The notes under the pieces were generated by a model, which did no database searches, had not been told where the DNA came from, and saw nothing but the letters and a program-made list of their open reading frames with translations. A stretch of DNA of 64,000 nt from Callorhinchus milii (taxonomy: Eukaryota). The stretch lies in assembly GCF_018977255.1 (NCBI RefSeq), contig NW_024704742.1:90212001-90276000 (forward strand). Reading direction: 5' to 3'. The position numbers and the translations under genes are program-made. Positions 1 through 12,647 of the stretch are shown piece after piece (within the stretch, counting starts at the first letter, position 1; each line of letters begins with the position of its first letter).

Positions 1-169
1 GGTATTGCAAATGCAATTAAATGTAGCAAAATGGGAAACAATCTATTATGAGCATAAAAATGGAGGAGGGGATTTCAAATAGAAGTAAATGAGGATTTTT
101 AAGCCGGAACCAATAAACACAGGGATTTAATTGTATGAATAAACAAATCATTACAAGTCAGTTCACATG

Positions 170-500
170 TGTAGTGCACCAGTGGAAAACTGGAATGCTC
201 AGCTGGAGGCATAGAATTTAAAAGCAGGGGAGGATTTTTGTTGCTATATTGGGCATACTGACAAGACCAAATTGCATGCAATTTTAAAATCCTCTTTACA
301 GAAAGGATTGCAGTGAATGTTTTGTAAGTTTCTAAATACCAGATATGAGAAAGCTAATATATAGTAAAATCAAGGATAGACAAGGGGTGTACTATATAGA
401 GAAATAGTTTAGAATTATCAAGAGGCTCAACAAAATAAGAATTGAGCGACTTTTTCACCCCTGATATGTCCATGAGTTACAAGAGGACATAGCTTTAAAT
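170..500 (+). mobile_element. Highly degenerate CR1 LINE ORF2 3' fragment
   Basis: Ends ...acaagaggacatagctttaaat (TRGHS-type end of CR1 ORF2), like the CR1 3' ends at 44338-44720 and in 54165-57755; many stops. Confidence 0.45.
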
Positions 501-513
501 GAGATCAAATTAC

Positions 514-722
514 TTTTGTTTTGTCCTATGTCCGACAATGCAGAAACCCATCATTATGCTTAAGAACATCCAAATCAGACAAAGTTTGATATTCGTATGC
601 CACCAACGCAAGGAAATTTCCCTGTCTGAAATGAAATGCACACTTTGTCCGTGGAGGGATGTATCCTGTTTAGATAATTAGGCCCAGGTTGGTAAGAGCA
701 AAGGCTAACGGCCCCAGAGTGT
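514..722 (-). repeat. Unidentified A-tailed interspersed repeat, copy 1
   Basis: Reverse complement aligns by eye with 1283-1399 and 8350-8591; same orientation as 24236-24460. Confidence 0.75.
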
Positions 723-950
723 ATATATTCTATTGCAGACACAGTGAAATTTCAAAAGGTAAGTAGCATATATATGTGGAACTCAGCCTTGTCAGCTAGT
801 CATTTTAACATAGACTGTACAGGTTTCTGGATGAACTGTGCAGGTATTAGGAGGGACAACCACCCCCTTAGGGTGAGTGGAGGGGAGTGGCAGAACCATC
901 CAAAGGATGGATAGGGACCAGGTCACTGAATGTGCCCTAATGACCTGGCT

Positions 951-1112
951 CAGGGTGGTCCAACCTTATGGCTGCTGAAGGCCTGATGCTCTATTTGAGA
1001 AATGTCTGCGGGTGGCATAAGCAATATTTTTGTGTTTCCCTTCCAGAAACATAACATAACATTTCCGAGTTATGGATGAAGCAGGTAGACCAGATGAAAT
1101 AAAGGCGGGGGA
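951..1112. mobile_element. Truncated hAT-type MITE (left TIR only)
   Basis: Begins CAGGGTGGTCCAAC and matches 12648-12815 over ~160 bp; right TIR absent. Confidence 0.8.
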
Positions 1113-1124
1113 GTGAAATCGGCA

Positions 1125-1257
1125 ATGAAATGATCACATTGTCGAGACATCTCAAAGCATTTTACAGGTTATACCGTAAAGTGGATTGACTGTGTTTTTT
1201 GTGGGCGAACGCGGCAGCAAGATTGCGCACAGCAATGTCGCACAAAGGCCATGGAGT
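1125..1257 (-). mobile_element. SINE 3' fragment (shared SINE-A/B tail region)
   Basis: gagacatctcaaagc...aaagtggattgactg...ttgcgcacagcaatgtc matches the other SINE tails. Confidence 0.75.
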
Positions 1258-1282
1258 TAGTTCAAGTCCTTAGATGTGATTC

Positions 1283-1399
1283 ACATTTGACAGGGGAATT
1301 TTCTTGAGTTGGTGGCATACATATATCAAACTTTGTCTGGTTTGGATGTTCTTAAGCATGATGATGGGTTTCTCCATGTGTCGGACACAGAACAAAAAA
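1283..1399 (+). repeat. Unidentified A-tailed repeat, copy 2 (5'-truncated)
   Basis: ...ttaagcatgatgatgggtttctccatgtgtcggacacagaacaaaaaa; inverted relative to 514-630. Confidence 0.75.
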
Positions 1400-4300
1400 G
1401 CCATTTGATCTCATTTAAAGCTATGTCATCTTGTAACTCATGGACCTATTGGGGGGGAAAGGCACTCAATTCTTATTTTATTGAGCCTCTTGATAATCCT
1501 AAAACCACATTTGACCTTCTTGAATTTGATCCATCCCTCAGTGATGGATGTCATCATTGATGGCTAAACTCTGCTAACAAAGAGATATGTTAATGCGTTT
1601 GCTGCTACACATTCTGTTCTGGTCCCCAGTGTTAAAATCTGCTACTATTCAAATAACTTCAATAATGAAATCTTTGTGACCTTTATGCAAACCTTTGTGG
1701 TTCTAGGAGTTAAGCCATTCTTTCACAAAGTACTGTCGTGCAATGTTTTTTTATGTCAAAGCATTTTTGAAGGCTTTCAAATACTTGAGATACAACTCCT
1801 GCAATGGGCTCAGGCCTATTAGTTAAATAAATGGCAACCGTCAAATACGGTATCCCTGACAGAAGGGAACCTGATATGTGCACAGAGTAAAAGACAACAG
1901 TACTGTCACCAGAAAGAAATGGAAAAATTAAATCTCTTTAAGCAACAGTAGAGGGAAACAGATACTTCAATAAAATGTCTGATTAATGCTCGACATTAAT
2001 CCTCATACTTAGCAGCGTAAAGATTTCTTCTGCATAAAGAATACTGACGTGCAGAATTACTGCATTAAGAAAATGCCAATGCAAGTAGAAGTACAAATTT
2101 CTAGCTTGTCCTATCATTTGACAAGTTAAACATTCAGTCCATACTTTATTAGATCCGAGGTTAGTCTAATTGAAACATGAAAGGATTTGCTGCTGTTTTG
2201 ACAATAATAGTCTCACTGATAGGCAAATATTCTGAGGTATTAATTCAGTTTGGAAAGGTTCATGCGCTACAGTTAACAGGTATTCTTTGAAAGACTTAAT
2301 GAACATTATTCTGCAGAATTTATGAATGGGAAAGTTCCAAAATAAACCGAATGCAGTGCAGGTATCTCCTGAGAGCAGAGGAAAAAGTGAAGTTGTTTAG
2401 ATAGGCAAAGGCAACAGGTACAGGACAACCCTGTTTATACACAGTTGTCTGATTCCAATGTCTTATCGGTCATGTTATAAGCAGTACAAAAAAATGTTCT
2501 TTTTTTTAAAACCAGGAGAAAAACAGCTTTCCAATTAACACTCAATTTAAAGTTTTTTCCACAATTCTGCACAATCTTAAATTTTAGACAAAATAATCTT
2601 ACAAAATGAGATTAGGTGGAATTTCAGACTTCATTAATCTTCATGGTTATCCAACATAAAGATTTTGCTGTTTTTCTCACTGTGATAGAAAAACATGAGG
2701 GGTGGTGGATTTCTCTCCACCGTAATAAAATGATCAGCCTTGGGTTGGTGATCGAGATTTATTCTCCACTGGTCAGTAAATTGACCAACCATGGCAGGAT
2801 GAGTTTATAATGGGAAAATCCTATCCCATGTTAACACATCTAAAGCCAATAAATCTGTGGATCACTGGCGAATGAGAGAAATGAGAGATGTTTGACTGCC
2901 AAGAATGCAAATGTAAATGACAAGCTGAGAATTCTCCTACCTACAAGATTGCGAACTGGTGTATTCAATCACACACACAGTAACAAGAGAACGAGCGCTG
3001 CAGCTGAGTAAAACGTAAATTAAAACAATACAAGAACCATGCACGTTGGTGAGAGCCAAGGCTTGGGGAATCCAATAGCATGCTTTGGGGTCATTTTGGA
3101 GTTTAACCAGTTGAACATAGCTCGCAAATCAGAGCACTGTCTGGCAAGCTTCCCATTGCTTGTCCATCTTGTACTACCCTAGCCCTTAGGTTTTTGCTTA
3201 TAGGGATAAGAGAAGCCGTGTGGGAAGAATCCCTACCCCCATTGACTGCTCTGTCCATGAGGTCCTGACAATGAGCCTGTGCTGCAATCAGAAGTGCCCT
3301 GGAATACTGCGAGTTTACTTCCTGTGACAGTCTCAGTCATCTGGTACCTAAGAGTTAACTCAATCCTACCGTTCAGCAGTCAAGCCACCTTAGCTCGAAG
3401 GACACTATGTTTACCGCAAAGCCCCCTACCCCCCTGAAGAATACTCACTAGTTAATTCATGCCTTGGTATGATTTACATGAGAGAAAGAAAATTATTTAC
3501 ATGAGAGAAAACATGATTTACGTGAGAGAAAGAAAAATATCTGATTTCCTGACAATTCGCAAAGTCTTCTCTCAACACACTGTTTGTTGGAGCAGGTAAA
3601 GGGGAGGATACAGGATTAAGTTACTGTGAAGATTTTGCTTTCCGTCCAGCAAGAGATTCCCATCAGTTATTTCCACGAGTCTGACCACTTTAGAGCTTAA
3701 GCCACTACCAAACAGAGTCAAACAGAGGCTTCTTGCAAAACCATTAGTGAAAAATTTTCTGCACAGTTTAAACCATCGGAGACTGAGCTCCTAACCTTTG
3801 AAACTCCCTTCCTCTAACCCTCTGTCACGGGTCTCTATATCTGTTCAATTACACTTTCAGTTGGCTCCCCCTTCTCCCCTCCCCATCCTGGCGAAGTGCT
3901 CAAAGATGTTATCTTAAATGAAAGATACTCTTTCAGTATGAGTTGTTGTCTTTGATAAATTGATGTATTCTAGGATCAAATTCACAACTGAAGACAACTG
4001 TTACAAATTCATTTAACAAGCATCATAGAAAACACCAAAGCACTTCAAAACAAAGTTGTGTCATCTTTGAGATTAATATTGAGTTGAAAGTGAGGATTTT
4101 CTTAAAATGGCTAATTTCGTTGGCCGGTCACCAAATAAGAATAAATGATACAGCTGTAATTTGTGATGGATCGGGACCCTAGGAGTTGAGCACAACCCTG
4201 CGATTTGCATAAACTATAGCCCCATCCACTAAACTGCCCCTAACCATTATTTTTTGATTCATCTTCTCGCTTCTTGGTGGTATCCTGTGTACTAGGCTTT

Positions 4301-4673
4301 GATCCTTCACTATGTTTTTCAATTAAAAACTACTTATTTTACTATCTTGCCAAACGTATGGTTACATATGCCAATGAGTCATCGTTACAATGTAATTATC
4401 CCTCCTCTCCGAATTCATCCAGCTACGATTTCTCGGGACAGTACAACTAAATCAGAGATTCCAGTCTGGATCAAATATCCAGCATTCTGGCACCTCACTC
4501 ACCACTTGCTCTGCAAACATCTTCAAAGTTCCGAAAAGCCATTTGGCAACATGATGGTTCAGTATTATCACACCGTTTGTCTTATACCTTCACTCGGCAC
4601 TTTTATGCTAAAATGTTTCATTTTAATCAAGTTCAGTCACTGTGCTTTGGTGACCTGACCAGGACACTGGATT

Positions 4674-5330
4674 ACAACAACAACAACAACCACCTCAACA
4701 TTACATTTGTATAGCGTCTTTTAGATCCGAGCTGGGGTCAGGGGGGTAGAAGGGAGGGGAGTGGGGTGGCCGATGGCATGGTCGAAGAGGAGGGTTTTGA
4801 GGCGGGACTTGAAGGAAGTTAAGGAAGGGGCGAGGCGGAGTGACTGGGGGATGGAATTCCAGAGGTTGGGGGCAGAGTGGCTGAAGGCTCTCCCGCCAAT
4901 GGTGGGGCGGATGGGTCAAGGGATGTGGAGCCGGTTGAGCGGAGGGAACGGGTGGGTTGGTAGAGGGTTAGGAGGTCACAGAGGTAGGGTGGGGCGAGGT
5001 CATGGAGGGCTTTGTAGGTGAGGATCAGGATTTTGAACTGGATCCTCTGAAGGATAGGGAGCCAGTGGAGTCGGGCGAGAGTGGGGGAGATGGGGTCACA
5101 GAGTTTGGTGAGGGAGAGGACACGGGCTGCAGAGTTCTGGATTAACTGCAGCCTGTGGAGGGAGGAGTGGGGAAGGCCGACAAGCAGAGCATTTGCATAG
5201 TCGAGCCTGGAGGTGATGAAGGCATGAACAAGAGTTTCAATGGCCTGAGGGGTGAGGTAGTGGGGGCGTCGGGCAATGTTACGGAGGTGAGGGAAGGCAG
5301 AGCGGGTCATGGCTTGGATGTGGGGAAGCA
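4674..5330 (-). mobile_element. L2 LINE 3' fragment (ORF2 C-terminus, 3'UTR, (GTT)n tail)
   Basis: ORF 4819-5331 has HAFITSRLDYANALL...LQLIQNSAAR...LHWLPILQRIQFKIL, typical L2 ORF2 C-terminus; (CAA)n at 4675-4690. Confidence 0.95.
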
Positions 5331-6824
5331 AAGACAGTTTTAATCTAGGTTAAAAAACAAAGCTTGATTCTGCAGGGTGGGTATTCTGGAAGGGATGAAA
5401 TCAGATGGGCCAAAGGACATTTGTCCAAACCAATCTTGTGATCTTATGTTCTTTGTAACAAGAGTTGTTTGATTTAATACACTCTGGATATTAGAGTGTT
5501 CTTTGCAGCTGACACCAACAGGTAGGAAATTCTCTCTCTCTCCTGTCAATATTATACAATGCCATACCAGAAACACACAGTCAGTCGCTAACTGGTTGTG
5601 TTACTCGAGGCTGAGAACTGTGATCACAGAGAACTCTTGGCTGAATAGATATGAACCTAAGGGAGGTGTACTGAGACACCACTTCTCTCAAAGAATACAC
5701 AGGTGCAGATGAAAGTGTCACAGTATCTGCAGCATCAGATCAAAGAAAGTTAACATCAAAGATGAACAGAATATCATTTGCTTAAAATTGGGAGAATGAC
5801 AGCAAGCTTTAGTGCCAATTACAATAATGTGATCTTTCATTACAAATGGTAACTCAGTGTTTGTAAATTTAATACAAACTAATTGTATAGAACATCAATT
5901 ACATTATTTTCCTGAAATGCACACTTACCTTTGTCGCCCTTATCATCAGTTTCTTTTTGCCAAACTAGTCACGGCTTCTTCACTTTTAAGTACCCGAACA
6001 CAATCTTTCTATTTATTGCTGTTGCTCATTTTCTATTTTAGACTTCATTCTGTTAGCACTTAGAATATAAAGATGTGGCAGATCATGTTGCCAGGAGACA
6101 AACGGCTGACAACTCGATTGCCCCATTTTTCGGCAGTGACATCTTATTCTGTCTGCCAAATCTTGAAGAGTTCTTGTGTTACACAAGATTTTCTTTTACT
6201 TCCATTCTTTTTACAGTTTATTATGCCGGCACTATATACTTAAGAAAAGTACTCCAAGGTAACTCATACCCACTGACCATCAAGCTTGTTCACTATTGTC
6301 TACACCAGCCACCCAGTTGCTGCATTTGTGTTAATTCACGATGAACCAACAGGGAAAGACAAGTAGTTATTGTGAGCTGTTGGAGCCCTGTGGCACATAA
6401 ATACCTACCTGCTTTGGTCTCAACTTTTTTAAGAGAGCGACAAATGAATATGCCTTTGAAATCGATTAGCGCAAACAGTGGCTTGTTCTGCGCATTGTGA
6501 TGCATAGTATAGTGCTTTCTTCATTGGATTTATCAGCGGATTAAGTTTTATCGTCTCCAAGAGGAAGAATATCATGAATGAGAGTTTTCTTGCTGGCATT
6601 ATACAGGCAGAAAAGTTGACATTATTCTGAACTATCTCCAGACAATCCAATAAAGAATCAAATAGCTTTCAAGCTTGCACCTTGCAGAAAACGTTAAACA
6701 TTTATAAAAAATAATATTGAGGTTTAAAATGCCTATGTCCTAATTATTACTGTTGTTTTTGACTATTGACTCCCCTTCCCAATGTTGTCACAAATGGTTT
6801 TGTCTGAGACTATTGATGGGCGAA

Positions 6825-7040
6825 CTTTTAGCCATTCTAACCCTACTCTCTGGAACTGAATCCTCGAGGCCTGCCTTTGCCCCGTCCCATTCCACCTTAA
6901 AACCTCTCTTCAACCATGCTTTTAGCCATCTTCTTTCAACCATCTTCCTTCCCCCTCAGATGCCCCTCAGTCAGCTGTGTGAAGCATTTTGGAATATCTA
7001 CCCAATGTGAAAGGCACTATATAAACATAAATTGTTGTTG
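6825..7040 (+). mobile_element. Degenerate L2 3' fragment
   Basis: ctctggaact...aaaacctctcttcaaccatgc...gaaaggcactatataaacataaattgttgttg tail. Confidence 0.65.
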
Positions 7041-8349
7041 GATTTTCCCATAGCCATAGTGAAAAAAATTTTTCCATACCAAGAGCTGGTTGTTGATTGC
7101 TGCTTCACAGCAATTTATAGCTAAATTGATATCCTGCCTTTAGTTGCAATCAATCGCTATTTTCTGCAATGAATGGAGCACTGAAATCTTCAGGATGTGT
7201 GTGTTGGTAGAGGGTGATATCTTGATTTTGGCACAAAAGTTGGACCCAAAAATGTTCAAATTCCATTATTTGTTTCTAAAATTAGAAATACCTATATTTT
7301 CACTTGAATTTCTGATAGGAAACCCCTTTGTAAACAAATAGAAAAATCATTATTGTTAATGAGTGATAAACACACACTAATCTTGGATTGGAATCAAACA
7401 GAAAATGTGTTATTGATAATAAAGGTTTTTCTGGTTAGAAAGAATTCTAATAATTGTAAGTAGTTTGTCTTGATAACATTAACTTCAAATGAAAGTAACT
7501 TTTTGCTTCATGTTCTTAAAGATGTTTCAACATCACAAGGCAGTGTAATAAATACAACTATTATTATTATAATTTGTGCAATAGAACATGTATTGATGCT
7601 GGGAGACTCAATGTGATTTTATACTGCTGGAAGCAATGAGATTCTCTGCCAACAGAATATTCAGAGATTCAGAGAACGAAATCTGATACCAAGTTCCTGC
7701 TCCAACTCATTCTCAGCCAGAGGCTGATGAGAGCTCTGTATGTACACAACAGTCACTGAACAAAAAGGTTATAGATCGCCCGGTGAAACAAACTTTATTT
7801 GCAAGTTTAAAAGCTCTTTGAAATCAGTGGTAATATTAAGATTGAAACGGGCATTACAAATAATAAAAATGAAGAAACTGTGAGATGTATTGAACTCTTA
7901 AATCTATGCCATGGGGGTCATTTCTGGATTGGGAATCCAAATCAAATTGATGCTGATATTATATTATTATTGTTATATTCTCTATACTCTTTACAGATTC
8001 ATATATTCAATGTGCAAGTTGGATGAAAACAAATGTGCCTGAAATGATAATAGACTGCAACTCAAATACTCTTCAGTCACTGGTTCCAGACTAATGATAC
8101 ACATTTTAGATTGTGACAGAACAATAATATCGGAGGCACATGCATTGTGTACTTATTGTGATGCTCCTGAAACTGTATTTACTTAACTTTGACTGGTCAT
8201 ATTCACAAAGAGGTGCTCAGCCCATTAAGAGCATTGAGCCATGCAAGTTCGGTGATATTCTCTTGCATTTTTACCTGTTACACTTTCACTTGTCAGACAG
8301 TAATATCAATAGCAAGCTATGTGGTTTTAGCTGGTTAGACTCCAGCAGT

Positions 8350-8591
8350 TACCCCAACACACACTCTATGGTCCTCAAACTTTGGCTCTTGCCAACCTGC
8401 ACCTAATGCTTTCCAGAATTAGGTAAGCAGGATGCATCCCTGCAGGGAGAGAGTGCACATTCAATTCCAACAATCTATCTCTGGGTTTTCCATGTGTAGG
8501 TGGGGTGTATGGAATTCCTAGCTTGGTTTGGATACTCTTAAGCATGGTGATGGGTTTCCGCATGTGTCAGACACCCGGCTGATCAAAAAAA
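8350..8591 (+). repeat. Unidentified A-tailed repeat, copy 3
   Basis: Ends ...gcatggtgatgggtttccgcatgtgtcagacacccggctgatcaaaaaaa; aligns to the reverse complement of 514-722. Confidence 0.75.
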
Positions 8592-8994
8592 TACACTTTG
8601 AGATGGGGAAAATAAAGACTAATAGTCTAATTAGTCTAATTAGAAAAGAGTAATAGTCTTTTCTGTTGAAGCATTATTTCCTGTAATAACCCATCCAGCT
8701 CGAGTGCACAGTCAGCTATGTGAAGCACTTTGAGACTTCTTCCCACGATGGAAGGTGCTAAATAAATGTAAATTATTTTTGTTGAAATTTATAACTTATG
8801 GCTTAAGGATAAGCCTAATTGTGAAGTGCATGATATTGGAGGTTATTTTTCATAAATGTTTAAAAAAATCTCTCCATTGCCAATTCCCATTTTTTAAAAA
8901 GACAATAGTAAACCAATAATCAGCACAAAAAAGGATACTCAGCTCGATGCATCGTAGCCATTGACCTGGAAATGGCCTGAGTAGCCATGCTGAA

Positions 8995-9341
8995 GATTCT
9001 TGCATTTGATATAGTGCCTTATCATGTCATTGAGACATTTCAAAGCGCTTCACAAAATATATTGTAAAATGGATTGATTGTATATTTTATGGGCGAAAGG
9101 CAGCAGTCAATTGGGCACAGAAGTGTCCCACACACAGACGTAGATTGAGTGACTACATTTTTTTTGAGGGATTATTAACCCGGAAAGCGATCCACCAGTC
9201 GAATAACAATCGGGTTCCTACTTACTCGTAGGTAACCTGCCCTGTGGAGTAAGGAAAATTGCCTAAGGTTTTGACCCGCTCGGGAATTGAACCCGGGTTC
9301 TCTTGCTTGCAAGGCACTAACCACTACGTTACGGGATTCCA
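8995..9341 (-). mobile_element. SINE-B (tRNA-Ala-like head, L2-like tail)
   Basis: Reverse complement starts tggaatcccgtaacgtagtggttagtgc..., B box ggttcaattccc; homologous to 43907-44257. Confidence 0.9.
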
Positions 9342-10664
9342 CAATGGTCTGTATGGTCTGGAATGGGCTGTATATGATAACCAGTATTGGCTTCAGATCA
9401 ATAACAACAAATTTATGCATTTATGTAGCGCCTTTCACATCAGGAGGACATAGCCAGGCGCTGGAAAATTAGAGATGTGACTGGAATTAGTTACATCTGG
9501 AAACTGACAGGCAAGACAGGAGGCGGGCACTAGTCACACAGAGTAGCAGCTAAGCCATAATATGTAAATGCTACAATTGGGATTGCTCTACTTAAGATGT
9601 TTATTTCACATCCTGCTACAACTTCAAAGTGACTGATGATGTAACACTAACCGATACACAGGAGTTGTGTTTCTAAATGATTTCAGCTCGGCACCCATAT
9701 TACTACCATAAATACTAACTCAAGCAAAGCAACACATTTGTCATGTATTGAACGCGCATGAAACAACAATAAATCAGTGAGTGAAAAACAACTTTAAATG
9801 TGTCGTTTGCTAACTGTTTTCATTGTTGTCTACCCAACGTGAAAGGCGTTATTCAAATGTAATTTTGTTGTTATTGATTTGCCACTGATATCTACTGTTA
9901 TGTCTATATTACCCATAGACTTTTAAAGACCGAAAGGGCAGACAGTCCCGCTGGCTCCTGGATAACATTGTAATAAATGAATGTCAATTGACAAAACTTC
10001 GTACGAAAAGCGGCACAGACAGCTCACATTATTACTATAGCCACCAGTTCAACACAGAGCTTGTTGTATAATGGAGCCATGATTATACTACATAATTGCC
10101 TAATAATTGCAGTATGCTAACTGTTACTAGTTAACAGAAGCTCTTTGAGACATCTAGAAGATGTGAAAAGTGCCATATCAAATGTCAGGATTATGATTAT
10201 TATTATTATAATCTAATTGTGTATATGAAGCTCAACTCCGCTACATGCTAAAATTACATTCCTGATTTAAATCAGTTGCTTTTGTTGATATTATAAGCCA
10301 TGTTACTTTAAACAATTCTGTAATAACCTGCCCTTTTAAACCTGTTTATTTTAGTCTGATGTAAACCGGTGAACAGGATTTATGATGTAGGAGTCACATT
10401 GGCGCAAGGGAATCACAAGGGACACAGAGAAGCATACATATAATCCATTCAGAGAAGGCACATGTCTGCATTAAAAATACGTGCACACTCAAATAGTTGG
10501 ACGAGTAACATATTTAGTACCAACATCTGTGCATGTGTCAATAATTGGTAACATTTTCATGTCAATGGATGTTATTCCATAATAATACTGGTGGACAACT
10601 GTAGAGCAATATTAAGTCACCTGTATTTAGACACACACAATGCATAATGGCAATTTGCACCCTC

Positions 10665-10990
10665 TGGAGTCCTGTAGCTCAGTGGTTAGAGCACTTGCTT
10701 TGCAAGCGAGAGACCTGAGTTTAATTCCAGGCAGGGCGAAACCTTGGGCAAATTTCCTTACTCCACACGCCTAATAATAATCCCTCCAAAAAAACAAAAA
10801 AATAAAATAATAAATTGGTCATTTTCAATCTACGACTGTTTGTGGGACATTGCTGTGCGCAATTGGCTGCCTCGTTCGCCCTCAAATATACAGTCAATTC
10901 ACTTTACAGTATATTCTGTGAAGCGCTTTGGGACGTCCTCCCGACGTGAAAAGCGCTATATCAAATGCAAGGATTATTATTATTATTATA
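10665..10990 (+). mobile_element. SINE-B with internal deletion
   Basis: tggagtcctgtagctcagtggttagagc (A box), anticodon arm cttgc-tttgcaa-gcgag, tail aagcgctatatcaaatgcaagg(att)n; lacks the ~70 bp middle seen at 44010-44080. Confidence 0.92.
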
Positions 10991-12647
10991 ATATAAATAC
11001 AAGTTGTCATTGTTATTCGCAATTGTTTCTGTATGAGGAAGATAGGCACAACAGAAAATGTGGTTGAAGGTGTGGGAGTTGCAGTTAAATGAAATGCTGT
11101 TCAGCGAAGTTCAATTAGGCATTGCAAAAATATCTAGGTTACCCTTAGAGTTAAGTGGTGGTAAGGTCGGTTTGGTTGAGGCATCTTCAGTGCCTGTAAT
11201 TTCCTCTCTACACACAAGTTTTCACATAGTGAAGATACACCTAATTAAACAAATGAAACAGTTGGACGAGAAACATATTTAGCACCAACATCTGTGCATT
11301 TGTCAATAATTGGTAACGTTTCCATGTCAATGGTTGTTATTCCATAATAATATGGATGACAAAATGTATTAGGGCAGCCAAGCTATTTACTAGCAGCATC
11401 CTTCGGTTGTAGTGGGAGCTGTGTAGGTGATAATCCACATCACATTATTAAACAACATGGTGTCAGTTAATTTATAAGAGTATGCTACTGAGGTTAAGTG
11501 GAGGTCAGGCACAATAGTAATTAAGTCAATTATTGCAAGACTAGATCCTATTAATTTATTTTGCCATGTTGGCAAAGCATGTCAAGAAGTAGCAATTCTC
11601 AATGTGTTTCAGGAAAACATTCCTATTTTGTAATCAACCTTGGAGCAGGAATCCAGTGCATGAAAGCCTTCCTTTTTATGATTTTATGATTCCTCCACTG
11701 AAAACATATAACTAATGCACAGGGATGTATCAAGTACCAATGAAGATTGACAAAAATGTTTATGGCCACTGATATTCATGGTGCAAACTTACTAAGCATT
11801 ACATTCCAGGGTCAGTTATTCAGAACACTCAGTGATTGAATGAATCATCAGTGTTTATTATGCCATGTCGGAAAAGCAATTCCAGAAGCTCGAAATATTG
11901 TGCCTTTTACATTACTCCACACTTCTGGAGGGCAATTGTGTCAACATGACTTTTGCTCTTGTGTGAAATCTGACACTACTGAGTAAGTAGATGTGCAACA
12001 CCACTAGAAATGTATTTGAATAATCTGTGCTAACAGAATAACTCCAGCAAAGGTAAACATAGTCCAAATATCAGTGCTGTTGCTCTCTGCCTTTTTTCTC
12101 AGATCCATCACTGGAATTTGTGTAACGGAGATCACACAAAAACTTTTCTAATGGTTCAGCACGTGCACAAGGACTTCTGATATGATTCACACCAGTTCAG
12201 CAATGAAGCCAGACATTCATGGATGTGTTAGATGTCACTGGGTTTGATCTCTCTAGTCCAGATTCTTTTCATGATGGAGCAAGATTCCCTTTATGCAAAT
12301 TCTGCCTACTTCTGCCCTGGGGATCATGGTTATTTTACATTACAAGAAACGAGTTTGCTGCTGTCAGCAAACTCAGAACACAAACACACTTATAGATAGA
12401 GGACATAATTTCAGCTTCCCAGCTGACACTAAGCAGGATACCTTCCTCACAAATCATGTAACGTTGGCAGGTCTCTGTAGCAGGAGAGAGTGGGGTGGGG
12501 AGGGGGGAAAACCACAGAACCAAACTGAACATTTGAGCAGCAGATGGAGCCTCATCCAGGTGATGAACAGTCGCTTCACGTACAATTTTGACTTTTTAGA
12601 TCGGAGGAACAGACAAAATTTACAAATGTAATGCCAGTGGTTTAAAC

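Noticed and set aside
514..1399. Single DNA transposon with 115-bp TIRs
   Set aside because: The same sequence occurs solo at 8350 and 24236, ends in an A-run, no TSD was found, and the interior consists of unrelated repeats
4819..5331. 170-aa ORF (also 40933-41538, 55336-55914, 54976-55323) as host genes
   Set aside because: These are L2 or CR1 ORF2 fragments within truncated, frameshifted elements
10665..10740. tRNA-Ala(TGC) gene
   Set aside because: No proper acceptor stem, degenerate B box, and it continues into a SINE body found in four copies
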